From: Enoplolaimus lenunculus
Taxonomy: Eukaryota
Length of the DNA stretch: 64,000 bases
Direction of reading: 5' to 3'
NCBI GenBank assembly: GCA_030248215.1
Contig: JASANG010001329.1
Coordinates: 496,001-560,000 of the forward strand
Part shown: positions 26,811 through 39,216 of the stretch, in pieces
Layout of the letters: every line of letters starts with the position of its first letter
Numbering within the stretch: position 1 is the stretch's first letter
Notes under the pieces: generated by a model
The model's input: only the letters and a program-made list of their open reading frames with translations
Database searches by the model: none
What the model was told of the DNA's origin: nothing
Position numbers and translations under genes: made by a program

Positions 26811-28310
26811 GACTATGTGGAGTGATACGGTTAGATGATGCTCGACTGCTACGTAAGCGGCATATAAGTTTTATGTATTTTAAAAAAGTTTCGCGATTTA
26901 AAATAACTAATTTATCTATTTGAGTTATTCAACTTTGCCAGAATAATCCAGCTCTACAGTAAAACACAACTTTTTAGTCAAACCAAAAGCGCGTGATATT
27001 TAACAAGGGTGTGCAACGAGCTGGGACTGTCATGGGACAAAATTTACCTGCACACATGTTTTTGCCCGACCCTCTTTATTCAGGGGGTCGATTTCAATTT
27101 TTATGGACACTAAATTGCTTCTTCGTTTTAAGAATTTAAACAGAATATGTATAAAGATAGAGGATTGCCACGTATTTGTTCAGTTCACTTAAAATTTCAA
27201 TCCCCTAAATAAGGCAGGGGCAGGCCCAAAATGCAACGCGCGCTGAGTACATTGTTTTCTGCGCATAATATACCCAGTTGCACAGTCTTATACCATGCAC
27301 TCTTGGTAACACTTATATGAACGTTATGAATATCTGGAAAAAATCGACATAGTGTGGCGTACATCTGAGCGCTACTTGTATGGTTTATTAAAGTATTCAA
27401 CTTTGCGGTGTTAAATTTAGTATTACGGGAATTTGAATCCTAATGATGCTACTGCGGTGAAACGCAAAGTTTTATGAAGTGGAAGTGTATAGCAACTCTA
27501 TGTTAAGATAATTTGTCGCCCGACAACTCGTAACGTGTGACCTGAAAACAAGTCGTTTACCGTTTTTAGGTTTAGACAGCTGTTTGGAGTAACGAGTTAT
27601 ATTTTGTGATGTTGGGGCGTCAGGTTGTCACGGTCGACGAATTGACGTAGTTGGAAATTATGTATTTTGATTTTTAGTTTTGCTTCGAATAATTACTAAC
27701 GTTAAGGAGTCGCATCTTTTTTATTTCAGAGCCAAAAACAGTGGCAAACTTACCAGCAGATCAATTAAACGATTTTTTCGAAGTCTTGAATAGTGTTTCA
27801 TTCGATTTTTTACTGCGAAGCATGAGCCGAAAGCAACTCGAAGTCATCAGCGAAAAGCTAAACAACGTCGGTCGACAAGCACTATGGGACAAAACAACTC
27901 AAAAAACCAAAGCCAAACTATGGGACCGAACAATTCGTAAGCCATTGGTTACTCGTCGGCTTGGCCTACTTCAACGAGATGACAGCAGGACTGAATTTAT
28001 TAGCCAGATCAACACTGGGTCGTCCGGGTTACCTCTAATCGGTTGGGCAGGTCCAGAGGTAGTCTCACCACCTAAGGCCACGCTAATTGGTCAAAGTGGC
28101 GGAAAAGGTGTCCCTAGCATCAATCCATACGCATATCAACGTCCTAATTTGCTCAATACCGGTGGGTTTGGCTTTGTTACCGGAAAAACGTACGAATTTT
28201 CCGGTGGGACGACGCTGTTGTCAGCAAATCCGTTTGCCAAACCGTATAATTTTGGCGGTTCGTTTGGATTATCACGGTCGACGGGTGTTGATGTAGGACC
28301 GCTGGGTTGA
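26811..28310 (+). CDS. Unknown protein, paralog A: helical N-terminal domain plus G/P/F/Y-rich tail; 5' end incomplete
   Basis: Main exon 27730-28310 follows TTATTTCAG. A candidate 42-nt phase-1 exon at 26811-26852 (TTTAG..GTAAG) joins in frame, giving GLCGVIRLDDARLLQPKTVANLPADQLN. Aligns with the ORF at 40269-41132. Confidence 0.72.
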
Positions 28311-29463
28311 AATTGACCGCCGGATAAACGGTAGAATTGACGTGGCTACGATTTTGTTTTGCGTCAACATCACTGTTAATATGTAGAAGTTTTTTCCGAT
28401 CGTGAGCGAGCGTAGCGAACAAAATGTATTTGCGATTTTCAAAATTCACAACGTTAGCTTCAAGTAGCTCAAAGTACCATATTCTAGTCTGTTTAAAATT
28501 TTTTTAGTGTGATATACGTATATCTTTTTCATCCATAGTATGCGAGAAAAGGTTTTTAATTTGCAAAGTCCCCATTCTTATTATACGGCCACCTAAAAGA
28601 ACCAGTTTTCAGCATCTCCAGAAATTTCGGCATGGGATAGGCATCCTCTTTGCTTTTCGTTATATACGCTGATGGACGCGACCATTTTCCAGTGTAGTCT
28701 TTTTCAAACAATATTCCAAAATACTTACCAGTAGGTTTTTTTGGATTATTTGTCCAATTTTAGGCTTTATGCGCTCGTAGAGAATGTTCTGCCGAGGTTC
28801 AATGAAGGTTCAATTATAATAAAAGACACAATTTTATGTTGTTTGATACAATTTGCGGCCCATATTGTATAAACGGGAGAAATTGTTTTAAACTTGTGCA
28901 AGCTCTATGCAACAACTGCGTGCAATTTCGTCTTAGTATTTGAATCTTGGTGAATTAAAGTAATGACGTGTCTTTACGTTAGCAAAATGACCAATGTTCA
29001 TGGCAGTGCTGCAGGCAGGAACAAATATTTTTATTTAATTATAATGCCGATGAGTTTAAAAAATTTGTTTCAGTATGTGATATGTTTTTAAACGACTTTT
29101 GCAAACATTAATGGTAGCATTGTTAGAGTTGCGCTCATCGCGACCACAAGTAAAAGTTGACCATATATTTGTTAGCAACGCATAGCGGCTTGCAGCGGTG
29201 CGGCGCGGCGATGTCTGGCACAGTGAAGTATAACGCAACCCTAACTTATTACAAAAACGGCCAATGTATAGATCAGAGCCGCAACAGTTGTATAAGCATA
29301 TTCCGAAACCCAAGGCTAACCTGAGCACAATAAATTAGTTTAAAGCTTATGCTTATTCCGCAGCAGTCGCATGGAAAAATGATCCGCCTCTGATCTTATA
29401 CATGGAGCCAAAAATTTAGCAACTTTTATACAGATCTTTAAATATTCGGCAACTAGGCAGTTG

Positions 29464-32400
29464 TTACACAGGATAAGTTTCAACCACTGTAAATATTTTA
29501 TCAAATTGAACACTTGAGTACATATTCATAACAGCCACATCGCCAGTGTGGCACGCATAGTAGCAGTCTTCCAAGTTCAACTTTAACTTATTTGCCAGTT
29601 TAACAATTGGATCACAAGCAGCGTTTGTTGGCAAATACAGCCGGAAACGTGTATCGATGCGCTGAACCAAATAACAAATGAGGCACATTGCGATTTGAGT
29701 TAAATCTGCGTAGCACGGGCTTAAAACCCAGTGATCTCCACGGCGTCGGAGACTGGCTATTCCCGTAATATGTTCCGTCTTCTTAAAATTATAGATTATT
29801 TTTGGCAAAAAATTGCTTCAAAATATATTGTATACTGCCAACAATTCCATGATTACTACTGTGCAAAAAAGTCAAAACCACGTCAGTGCAACAGCAAAGC
29901 ACCAGATATATACTGTATATCAGGGTGCAACCGCAGGTAAAAAAACAGGAGCCGGAGGTCAACGAAGTTTTCCAGAGTCGGAGCTGGAGCCGGAGCCGGA
30001 GGTGAGGCTCAGTTAGGTAGTAGTTAATTGTAGCCAATATCTGCAACATGTTGTTAAGTTGTTTGGTTTTACGCTAATTTGCTACTAAATTTCAGAAATT
30101 CTTTCCTATAAATTGTGACAAAAGTAAAACGAAACGCGCTAAACAGATAAATTTTGCAAAATTGTGCAAAATTTTACTACCGAAATTGGCGGTACCTTCG
30201 GCAAAAATTCTACCGCAGCCGGAGGAAGACCTCCAGTTGTACCATGATATATATGTATATGTATACTGTACTGTACTGTACGGCACGTTGTATAACAACC
30301 TATTTTCTCACATTTGTATTCAAAGTGTGTATAAGTTCATTTTTCATGTACGCCAACGGGCTTAGCAAAAGACAGCTCAAGGTCAAATCCCTCTTCCTTT
30401 TGTGATTTTTCTTCATAGGTTAAGTTGCAAACACTTTTCTAGTAGGTAACACAAGAAAAAATTTTGGGAAATTTTTGTAGAGCCTTAAAGAAACTAAGTA
30501 AGATTTTTTCATTAAAGATACTAAGTAAGATTTTTTCATTAACCCTTTCTCACATGAATATTTTCAATTTCATATAGATGTAATTTCCAGGTAAGATTCG
30601 ATCCCAAGTCTCACGGGTGGGAGGCGTTTATGATGACCACAAAGATATAGGAGCTTGACGCTCGAGCCCGAGTAGGCTCTCACGTCTTGTGGAGATTTTG
30701 CAGTGCGTATATGTTACAAATGTTGAACACTGCGAGCAGTGTGTATTGCTCGTACATTATTGTATTTAGTTGCTCATAGTATACTCTATGAGTGAAAGGG
30801 TTAACATTCCTTTCTAAAATCCTGGTTATGACATTGATTAGGTTTAACAAATCTCAATTCACCTGCGAGAACTGTAACGTGACCCGGTTTTATTCTTGGT
30901 ACCTTAACGAAAAAAATTGGAATTCTCGGCTCCAAATAACCCCATCTCGCATAGAGTATTGTGTGAGAAAACTTTGTCGCAAACTCTGCGCATATGTAAA
31001 TTGATATATATGTCGTAGGCCAAACGGCTATTCAGGCCAATTGCTAACTGGCCTAGGCCAATCGGCTATTTTATGTAACAGCAGTTAGGCCTAGGCTAAA
31101 CTACTATTAAACTTATAGACCAATCAGATTTGATTATTTGGACAGACACAATACCATTAACCAATCAGCGCTGGTTTTACATCACTGTTGTTTTGCGACA
31201 TCTCACAATCGCTATTTGGCCTAGACTAAAGTGCTATTTGCTTCCAATAGCAGACTGGTATAGGCCAATTGATAATTGGTCTGAATAGCAGACTGGCCTA
31301 CGACATATATACACCGCAGAACGCACAGTGCTTACGCGTATACGCAGCAGCAAAGCTCCACAAGACTTGACAGCCCCTCGGGCGCAAGCGTCAAGGTCGT
31401 ATAGCTGAGTGGTTTACTTTTGAAACTGCAACTGCAGAATAAGCAACTGCAAGCGGGTTTTTCGGAAGCATCCATTCTGTCATAAACTTTTCACGCCTGA
31501 ATTGAGTACCAGTTATGCATCCATCGTAATTAAGACAAGCCAAAAGATTGTGTTCGTTTAGTGGAACTATTTCGTTGTCTTTATTGTTATTATGAACATC
31601 TGTGTTAAAAAAGATATAAAGTATTAATTTCATAAATATAATATGGTAAAAGCGGAATATTTTGCCGCTGGGATTAATTTGGAAAAAAATTTGGTTTCTC
31701 GAAATATGTAAATTTTTGCAGAATTCCGAATCCCTATTTTCCATTTTAAGCCATGCCACTAAGACAATGAGGTAATCAGTCGATGCCAGTCCAAGCCTAT
31801 GTAAAGAAGAGGGGGCGGAACGTTTTTCCGCGGAATAAAATAAACTAAGCCTAAAGATTAATTTTTTGCTTAGGCTTGGTTTAGGTTTAGGTATAAGCCT
31901 CCTTATTACGCTTGCGCTTAGGCTTAGGCTTAGCCTAAGGCTTAGAAATATGCTTGCACTACTGCTTACGGCCTTCTTCTGTACATTGACCCTGTCCAAA
32001 TATGAGAAAACACGATGTGCAAATAATATATAAGCAGAAAAATATCATATGCGTCAATAATCAATAAAATATTTTCATTTCGATATCTCTAATAAAATGT
32101 TTTCATTCAGAAATAAACCATACTGACTTACATAATGAAATGCTTGTTGGATCAACAACACCGTCAAATCCAAGCTCTTTATGTCCCCAGCAGTAAAAGT
32201 TGTTCGAATACCGAACAATTGAATCTTCTGTAACGTTGCCAACAAAGTGTGTTCTTTCCGGAAACAAATTGGTGAGTCCAAGACCGCTGAAAAACCATAG
32301 ATGCCGAATTTTTAATACTTCGAGCCAGAGGAGTTCTCTGCATTCGCTTATAGGTCAAACATCTAGAACTCTTTTATGCAACGAAAGTTATACCAACCCG

Positions 32401-32902
32401 GCATTAGGTAGACCATGCGTCAGAAAATGAGTCTGAAAATTGTCAGGCTCCTGATTCGATTTTGAGTGATTTAATTAACATTTCGCATTTTCCAATCAAT
32501 GTGAATTTTTGAGCATTGCAAGTGCGGAAACTTAGGACGGATTTTCAAAATAGCCAAAGTGACACTGGTTTACAATAAATAAACAAATTTTCAATTTGTA
32601 TCAAAAACTTATTGCGAACAAAAGCAACTTTACAGAAAATCTTTGTGAGTACACAACAAACAACCGAATTGAACGCCGGGAAACAGATTAATGCGTCCGT
32701 CAAACGCGACAATCTTTTGATCGCTTTTTCGCACCACAACATTCCATATTGAATTTTCAATGCTCGCGTATAGTAAATAGTTCTCGGGGCCATCGTGGTA
32801 TCCTGCATGTTTCGCTAGAATGTTAATTTCTTCAATATCGTCTGATTTTAGACGCCGGCAATAGAACAATTTGTGTAATTCAGTTTCGGCTAGTTTTGGC
32901 AT
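29464..32902 (-). CDS. Tandem GNAT-fold acetyltransferase-like protein (YitH / Acetyltransf_18-type), about 307 aa or more, 4 or more exons
   Basis: Exons 32902-32634, 32286-32132, 31599-31418 and 29781-29464 (924 nt, phases 2/1/0). Motifs CRRLKSDDIEEINILAKHAGY, HKDFLGLGL (motif A position), LNYDGCITG..RREKFMTEW and GIASLR..VLSPCYAD. An upstream exon near 33226-33258 is possible. Confidence 0.75.
29921..30246 (+). mobile_element. hAT-like CAGGGTGCAACCG MITE in GNAT intron
   Basis: Same TIR and CCGGAG repeats as 14535; interior shared with 41985-42310. Confidence 0.6.
30485..30804 (-). mobile_element. tRNA-bearing TTAA/TIR element, subfamily B (core 30539-30804) plus two 27-bp linker copies
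   Basis: TTAA|CCCTTTCTCACAT...ATGAGTGAAAGGG|TTAA; linkers TTAAAGA(A/T)ACTAAGTAAGATTTTTTCA at 30485-30511 and 30512-30538. Confidence 0.85.
31011..31305. mobile_element. TIR element TGTCGTAGGCCA...TGGCCTACGACA in a TA run
   Basis: 12-bp TIRs flanked by TATATA; partial relative at about 23425-23613. Confidence 0.7.
31795..31992 (+). mobile_element. TTAGGC-containing MITE copy in GNAT intron
   Basis: ATGTAAAGAAGAGGGGGCGGAACG head and TTCTTCTGTACAT end; a reverse copy lies at about 29265-29410. Confidence 0.7.
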
Positions 32903-34774
32903 ATCTGTCAGTTTTACGCTACAAATTTGCAACTTGCGGTGTCAATAGATACGTATGAACCCAAACATCAAATATAAATATAAAATTTGGCAATAGCACA
33001 CCGGTCAATTTACAATGTTGAGTTAAATCCGATGTAGATTCAGAGTATTTTCACAAATATTAAGATACACTAACGCAAGTTAAATACAAAAACTGCAAAA
33101 TTGCACGAAGCAACAAAAAGAAATTGTTTCAAAAGATTATTAAACAGACGTGAAATGTTGCTTATCAGTTTCAGTTTAACAAACTGCTGGGCTGAAGTAA
33201 AACAGATTTCACAGGTAAATTTACGTTTAACAGCGGTTGTCATTGGGATCTGCGCCATTTATATTGAGAGACTGGAAGCCAAGATTTATCCATAGCGACG
33301 TGATGCTCGCTTCCTCCGTGTAGAGATTTAGTTCTGAACAAGACTGAAAGTTTAGCGCAACAAATCAAATACTTGTGTGTGTGTAGTTGTTTGGGAAAAA
33401 CTAGTTGTTCCTGAAAAGTTTAGAGGTTACACATATATAATTTTCAATTTTTGACAAGGCTTTAGATTTATATGTAGCTTTATACGCAATGCAATCTAAA
33501 CGTTGGTTGTCAGAAGGCGCATATGCCTGCCGTTTTATACTTTACAATTCAATTCTCTTCATGTGGTGGCCTCTTTGAAAAACATTCTACGCCAATCGAA
33601 CTGCAAGAATTCATGTATTCAACGACGGCTTACGGTAGACGCTAGAACCCCCACATTTTAGCAAACATTTTTATATGAGCCATATCAAATCATCTATAAC
33701 CAGGTTGATTGCCTTTTCAGTATGATGTGAAGTTCCAGCCATAAAATTATCTAAACAATTTTTCAAATGCATCGCTTCGCTAATGGATCCAAGCGGGGGT
33801 CTAATCCATGCAGTGGTCTTCTCAAAAAGGATCCAAACCAAAAGCTGTAATGTTTACTTCTTAAATTATGTTTGGTTTTTCGCTCGCTTCGGTCACGAGT
33901 GTTTTTTCATGTTTATATTCCACATAGTGCCTACTGTGAAAAATTACGGGATCAACGAGTGCATCGCCTACCTAGTTTGCGCATAACGAACGCAATATTA
34001 AACCAGGTATATATACGTGTTCAAATGTGGTTTGGTAAAAATTGTTCGGCATAGACTGGTACGAAATTAGACTCTGTATATTGGTCGAATTTTAGTATAT
34101 CAAGCGTTTTTTTACACTGGAAAATATTTCAAATCAATACCTGTTTTTAGTATAAGAATAAATGGTAGAAATTGAAATTTTTGAACTTTTAGATGTATTC
34201 TTTGGTTTTCGTTCTGTAATTGCAAAAAATTTTCAATACTTCCTGTATGCTTTTAAGCTTACTTTTATGGCTGTTAGCAAAATATAGGTAAGCTTTCTTA
34301 GAGTTCCAGTTGCAACATAAAAATTTAACAATTAAAAACTGCACATGCAGTAGAATTTTCTGTTTTCAAAATTAAGAATATGCCAGTACGTAGAATATTT
34401 GTCAACCTCGAACCCATATCAGTAATGATACAAAGAAGCATCAAGTTTAAACACCTCGGTGGTTCTTTGGGTAAAGATTTTTCTAATCGTATGGAGAAGT
34501 ATCGATTTTGCCTGTGCCATCAGGTGCCCACCCCATAAACGATAAAAAAGGGGGACCATGCAAAGATAGTGGGTTCAGCCTTTTTAGACTGTCTCCTTTT
34601 AAATTAGGAATTCATCGACTCAACAATTCGTTACCCAATTCTATGCTTAGGCTTTGGCTAGGCTTAGGATTACGCTTAGTATTATGATTAGAGTGATTCA
34701 TATAGGTTTTAGGACACTGTCGGGCGACAAGTTGACAGCGATCAATGTCGTAGATTCTTAGGAAACTGTTAATT

Positions 34775-34975
34775 TTAACCCTTTCTCACATGAATATTTT
34801 CTATTTCCCCTGAGACCTACTTTTATACTAGGATTCGAACTCCGGCGACTGGACTGGGAGGCGTATACCATCACCACTCAGCTATAGGAGCTTGACGCTC
34901 GAGCCCGAAGGGGCTCTCACGTCTTGTGGTGATTTAGTACTATGTATACGTGTTGCAATTGTTAAACACGGTTAA
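34775..34975 (-). mobile_element. tRNA-bearing TTAA/TIR element, subfamily A, truncated copy
   Basis: Intact TTAACCC end; stops at internal ...AAACACGG|TTAA and lacks the second TIR. Confidence 0.85.
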
Positions 34976-37859
34976 ATAAAAAACTGAATTTTGTCTAATT
35001 TTTACAAATATCATATGTAAGATACATTACATCAATACGAAAAAGGACGCCTCAATAAAATACCGCTCGCTTTTGGCGTCGCGTCGACTGCGGCATGTTT
35101 GGGCACCAGAAAAAACAACGGAAAACGGCTCTCCCCCGTTGTGTTTTCTGCGAAGGATGTAAAAAACCGAAAAAGGTTTGTTAAATATATTAATCTTAAA
35201 AAATACCTTCGTATAAACCGCGATAAAGCGACGCGGACAGCAGTAACAAAGTACTTTTTCTCACGTCTCCTATCCAACACGAGTTTCGTTTAAGTGTCAG
35301 TGAGCTCATTTAGTCGATTTTGTAATACCTGAATGATAAGAGTTGCGCTATACTCGCCGCACGCCGATGTATGCCGCCCCGCGCCTTCGGTTGTTGCTTG
35401 TGTTCACTGTAGCTGCAATAGAGTTAAATCAGAAGTAGACGTAATTTCTGTGATTTCAACTGAGGCCTAATGTATAATACTTTGTTTTTGTTTGATCGAA
35501 CATTCAAATGCTGTATGACCACAACATTTGAAGGAAACTTGATTAAATTCAAATAACAATGAAACTACAAATCCTGCTAGCAGATTTTATGCCGACCTCA
35601 AACTCGCAAGTTTGTGGCCAGCTAGTTGTTGTGCATTTGCTACCTATAGACATCTGACACTTTTGTAGTGCGTTCTTTGTCATTGACCTATACTGTTAAA
35701 TCTTGTTACACAACTTAGTAAAATCGTCGTACGACGCTGCTGGTATCATTTTTTGCCCCAGATTTAGCGTCTATATAATAACGTTTTCGTATTTGATGAA
35801 GCGCTACATGTTTTTCAATTTTTTTCGACTATTTTCTACTTTTTTAGCAAAAACCAACCTTGGTGTTGAGTTAAAAACAACCTTGAAGATAAAAATGGTA
35901 TTAACAGGTTATCAACCAACAACGATGCAGGTATTTTATATTCAAAATCACGTATACTTAAACAGATACGAAATATATGCTGAAACAACGTGAGCAACGC
36001 GAGCTTGAAGTCAAAAGCAATTTTATGATTTATGAGGTATGGGCCTTATATATTTGTCTAGTGTTTCTTCGGCTCTTGTGCGTTTTGCTAACAAGTTTAG
36101 GCTCAGGCTGAGGCTTCTTGCCCTTGAAAGGCTTGGCTTTAGCCTTTAAGGCCCACTTCGTACATGTAAGTTTTAGCGAATTTATTGCGTCAGGTAGAGC
36201 TGGTTTCAGTAATTTTTTGTATTCTCGTTCTGTATTAATACACTTAAACCGCATCGAAGATTTGGGCAAAAAACTTCAATTTGACACGTTCAAGTAAAAC
36301 ACGTTTGCAACTACCTACGCTCTTTTCTAAACTAAAAATTCGCTATTTTTAGCTCAGTTTGATACAATAACTTAATAGTAAATATGTGTAGCCGTTCTGG
36401 CGTATTATGCAAAAATGTCCGTTTAAAATACTTTAATTTTAGCACGTACGGCAAGCTTTCTCGATTTCAGAAAAACCATTTTGCTAGTCTGAAGCTTTGA
36501 TACGCAATTTATTATGTGCATTGCAGAATGGGGGCTTATATAATTTGACGCAACTATTTTATTCAACGACTGTGTAGTAGTTTGCAGTAGCATATTTTTG
36601 TTAACGCACTTTTTGTGTATGCGTGAAACAGTGTATTTTGGTGATAAATATTTGACATGAGTATAGTGTTCTGGTTTTAAGAACACAGTCGCAGTCAGAT
36701 CAATGTTGGCATTTTTAATTTGATGCCACCATCCCGAAAAGATCCTGGAAGGGGGGGAACAGGCGGGCACGTGCTCTTCAATACTCAGATTGTGAAGTAG
36801 AGCCCCTATAATATTTTTTGGGTCATCCGTGCAGAAGAAAAGTTCAACTTCCTGTCCAAATTCTCATGCGCATTTTTATTCCGTGTTTGTTATTAATATA
36901 AAGTGTAGCTTAGATCAGCGTAGCCCTGATATTCTGAAACTGAAGGGAAAGCATTTGCATCCGTGTGCTGAAATTTTTTAATTTCTTTGCGTTTGTATAT
37001 ATCTGTGGCAAATAATTTCGGTCGCATATTTATATAGTTGATTCTGTCTTGCTTTTTATTTAAAACAAGATTTAAAATTTCGGCGAACATCTTGTTGGTA
37101 AAATATTAACAGCTTACCGTCACGTTTGGCAACGCTCAAATTTGACTGCTGTTCGTTGTTCTGAAGGTATTTCTACACCCTGCTTCGCGTTTGCTCCCCC
37201 CAAACATTGGTTGCTTTGTACACCACTGACCATCCCCATGATTTCGGGTTATTCTGTCAAATATTGTATGGTTTTCTCTACTCTTGTACACTTCCCCTAC
37301 ATTTAAGAATAAGGCTTTACTTTAGGTTCAGCCTATAAGGGCTACTAGCCTCGTCACTGACTGTACAAAATTCGCTTTCGCCAAAGTGCTGTTAAATATG
37401 TTTGTTCACAGTTCGCACGTCTCTAATTAAATATTGTCAAACGATCCCGGTGACGAAATTCTATTTCAGCTACGCCGAGCCGCTGAGGATAAACCTCACT
37501 TTATTAAGATAGCATTTTCTACTATGAGTAATGCACTATCATATCAAACGCAATGAATCGGTAATATTTTTAAATTTTAACCATACTTTATGGTTTATTA
37601 ATAAATTTATGATATTATACGCCTTTATCAAGTTTAGATCGTGGTGTTTCAACTGAAATATATATTACGTCCTGCCTGACGTACGCAAACCTGCAAACTG
37701 AATTTTACGCTTAGAGCGAAACGAACTGTGCGCGATTACTAAATTCCATAACGTACACAAGGAGGTTTTTCAACAATAGACACATAGTTAAATATAGTTT
37801 ACCATAGTGCAATAGGCATAAACCTGTTGGAATTGTAAAATTCTGGTAAAAGTTCTCTT

Positions 37860-38132
37860 TTAACCCTTTCTTACATGAATATTTTCAATTTAATATGAGA
37901 TGTAATTTCAAGGTAAGATTCGATCCCCAGTCTCACGAGTGGTAGGCGTTTGCGATGACCATTGAGCTATAGGAGCTTGGACGCTCGAGCCCGAGTAGGC
38001 TCTCACGTCTTGTTGAGATTTGCACTGTGCATATGTGTTATAAATGTTAAGCACTGCTCACAGCGTGTGTATTGCTCTTTACATTACTGTATTTAGTTGC
38101 TTATAGTTATACTCTATGAGTAAAAGGGTTAA
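37860..38132 (-). mobile_element. tRNA-bearing TTAA/TIR element, subfamily B, solo copy without linker
   Basis: TTAA|CCCTTTCTTACAT...ATGAGTAAAAGGG|TTAA. Confidence 0.85.
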
Positions 38133-38530
38133 AATTGCTTCGAGCGCAATTGTATACATGGCTTTGCGGCTTTTGGGCTTACATTCCGGAATGTCCAAGC
38201 TGTATATGCGATAAAATACTTGTATACATTGATATAATGCTTAATATGCAATAATTGGTACATTTTCTGCAATCTGGCTTCGTATGCTTAGTTCATTTTT
38301 AATCTGTGCAATTAATACCTGCACTCAAGAAAACTAAAATTTCAGAACGACGGACGACATCATTATTTGAACATTTCGTAGCTTTGCGACGAGCACATGG
38401 GCGTATAGGAGTGGTACAACAATATCCACTATTCACTCACTTCAGCGACGACTATGCAGAGTTGTGGGTTGTATCTTTACAGTGGTCAGAAACAAATTTC
38501 AGCAGAAATTATATTTCATCAATTAGTTAT

Positions 38531-38626
38531 GTTAATTGATTGTCCGAACGCAGTTTTTTGTGCTGTAAATATTCATGTTGAGTATATGTTGACGAACAGA
38601 AGAACTGTGTCGGACAATTAATTAGC
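38531..38626 (+). ncRNA. mir-219: mir-219 family precursor hairpin, copy 1
   Basis: 5' arm TGATTGTCCGAACGCAGTTTTT (38537-38558) versus canonical miR-219-5p UGAUUGUCCAAACGCAAUUCU. It pairs with 3' arm AGAACTGTGTCGGACAATTA (38601-38620); lower stem GTTAAT/ATTAGC. Confidence 0.72.
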
Positions 38627-39120
38627 GACTGTTAAACGAGTGTTATGGGCCACTGCTGATGCTCGAAAATAAACCACCGAGTTGAGCGAAGTCAGGATAA
38701 GCAAGTAATCGAAAAGAGCCCGTGACTAAATGATGTTAATAACCAAAGTTTCATGATATAATATCTCGCAATATGGTTAATAAATTATATGATCATAGTC
38801 ACACTGTTTGAATATATAGTTCTCAAACGTACGTTGTTTGAAAAACAGTTTTTACGTAACAGTCCAGGGTAATCTTATAGACCACGACTATACTGAGTTC
38901 ATACGGAACACGATCGTTTGATCGACTTGATCATTAAAAAATTTTCCGTCACCGTTGACAAAATTATTGTGATTGTCGCACTACTGGACACATGTTGAAA
39001 TGAACCAAAATGACAAAAAGGCGTCCAACAGCGTTAACCGTAATATAAAGCATATTTGCCTCGTATATACAGTCGTATTTATGCATTAGCAAACAAAGAA
39101 AAAACTTTCGTTCAAAATAT

Positions 39121-39216
39121 GCTCGTGATTGTCCAAACGCAGTTTTTGCAGTAATTCGCCGTTGTTAACAATTTAACGGCGCTCTGTGATGCAAGAACTG
39201 TGCGGATAATCAGGTT
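39121..39216 (+). ncRNA. mir-219: mir-219 family precursor hairpin, copy 2
   Basis: 5' arm TGATTGTCCAAACGCAGTTTTT (39126-39147) matches the first 16 nt of miR-219-5p exactly; 3' arm CAAGAACTGTGCGGATAATCA (39192-39212). Confidence 0.78.

Noticed and set aside
34199..34220. miR-9-like sequence TCTTTGGTTTTCGTTCTGTAAT
   Set aside because: No pairing 3' arm nearby.
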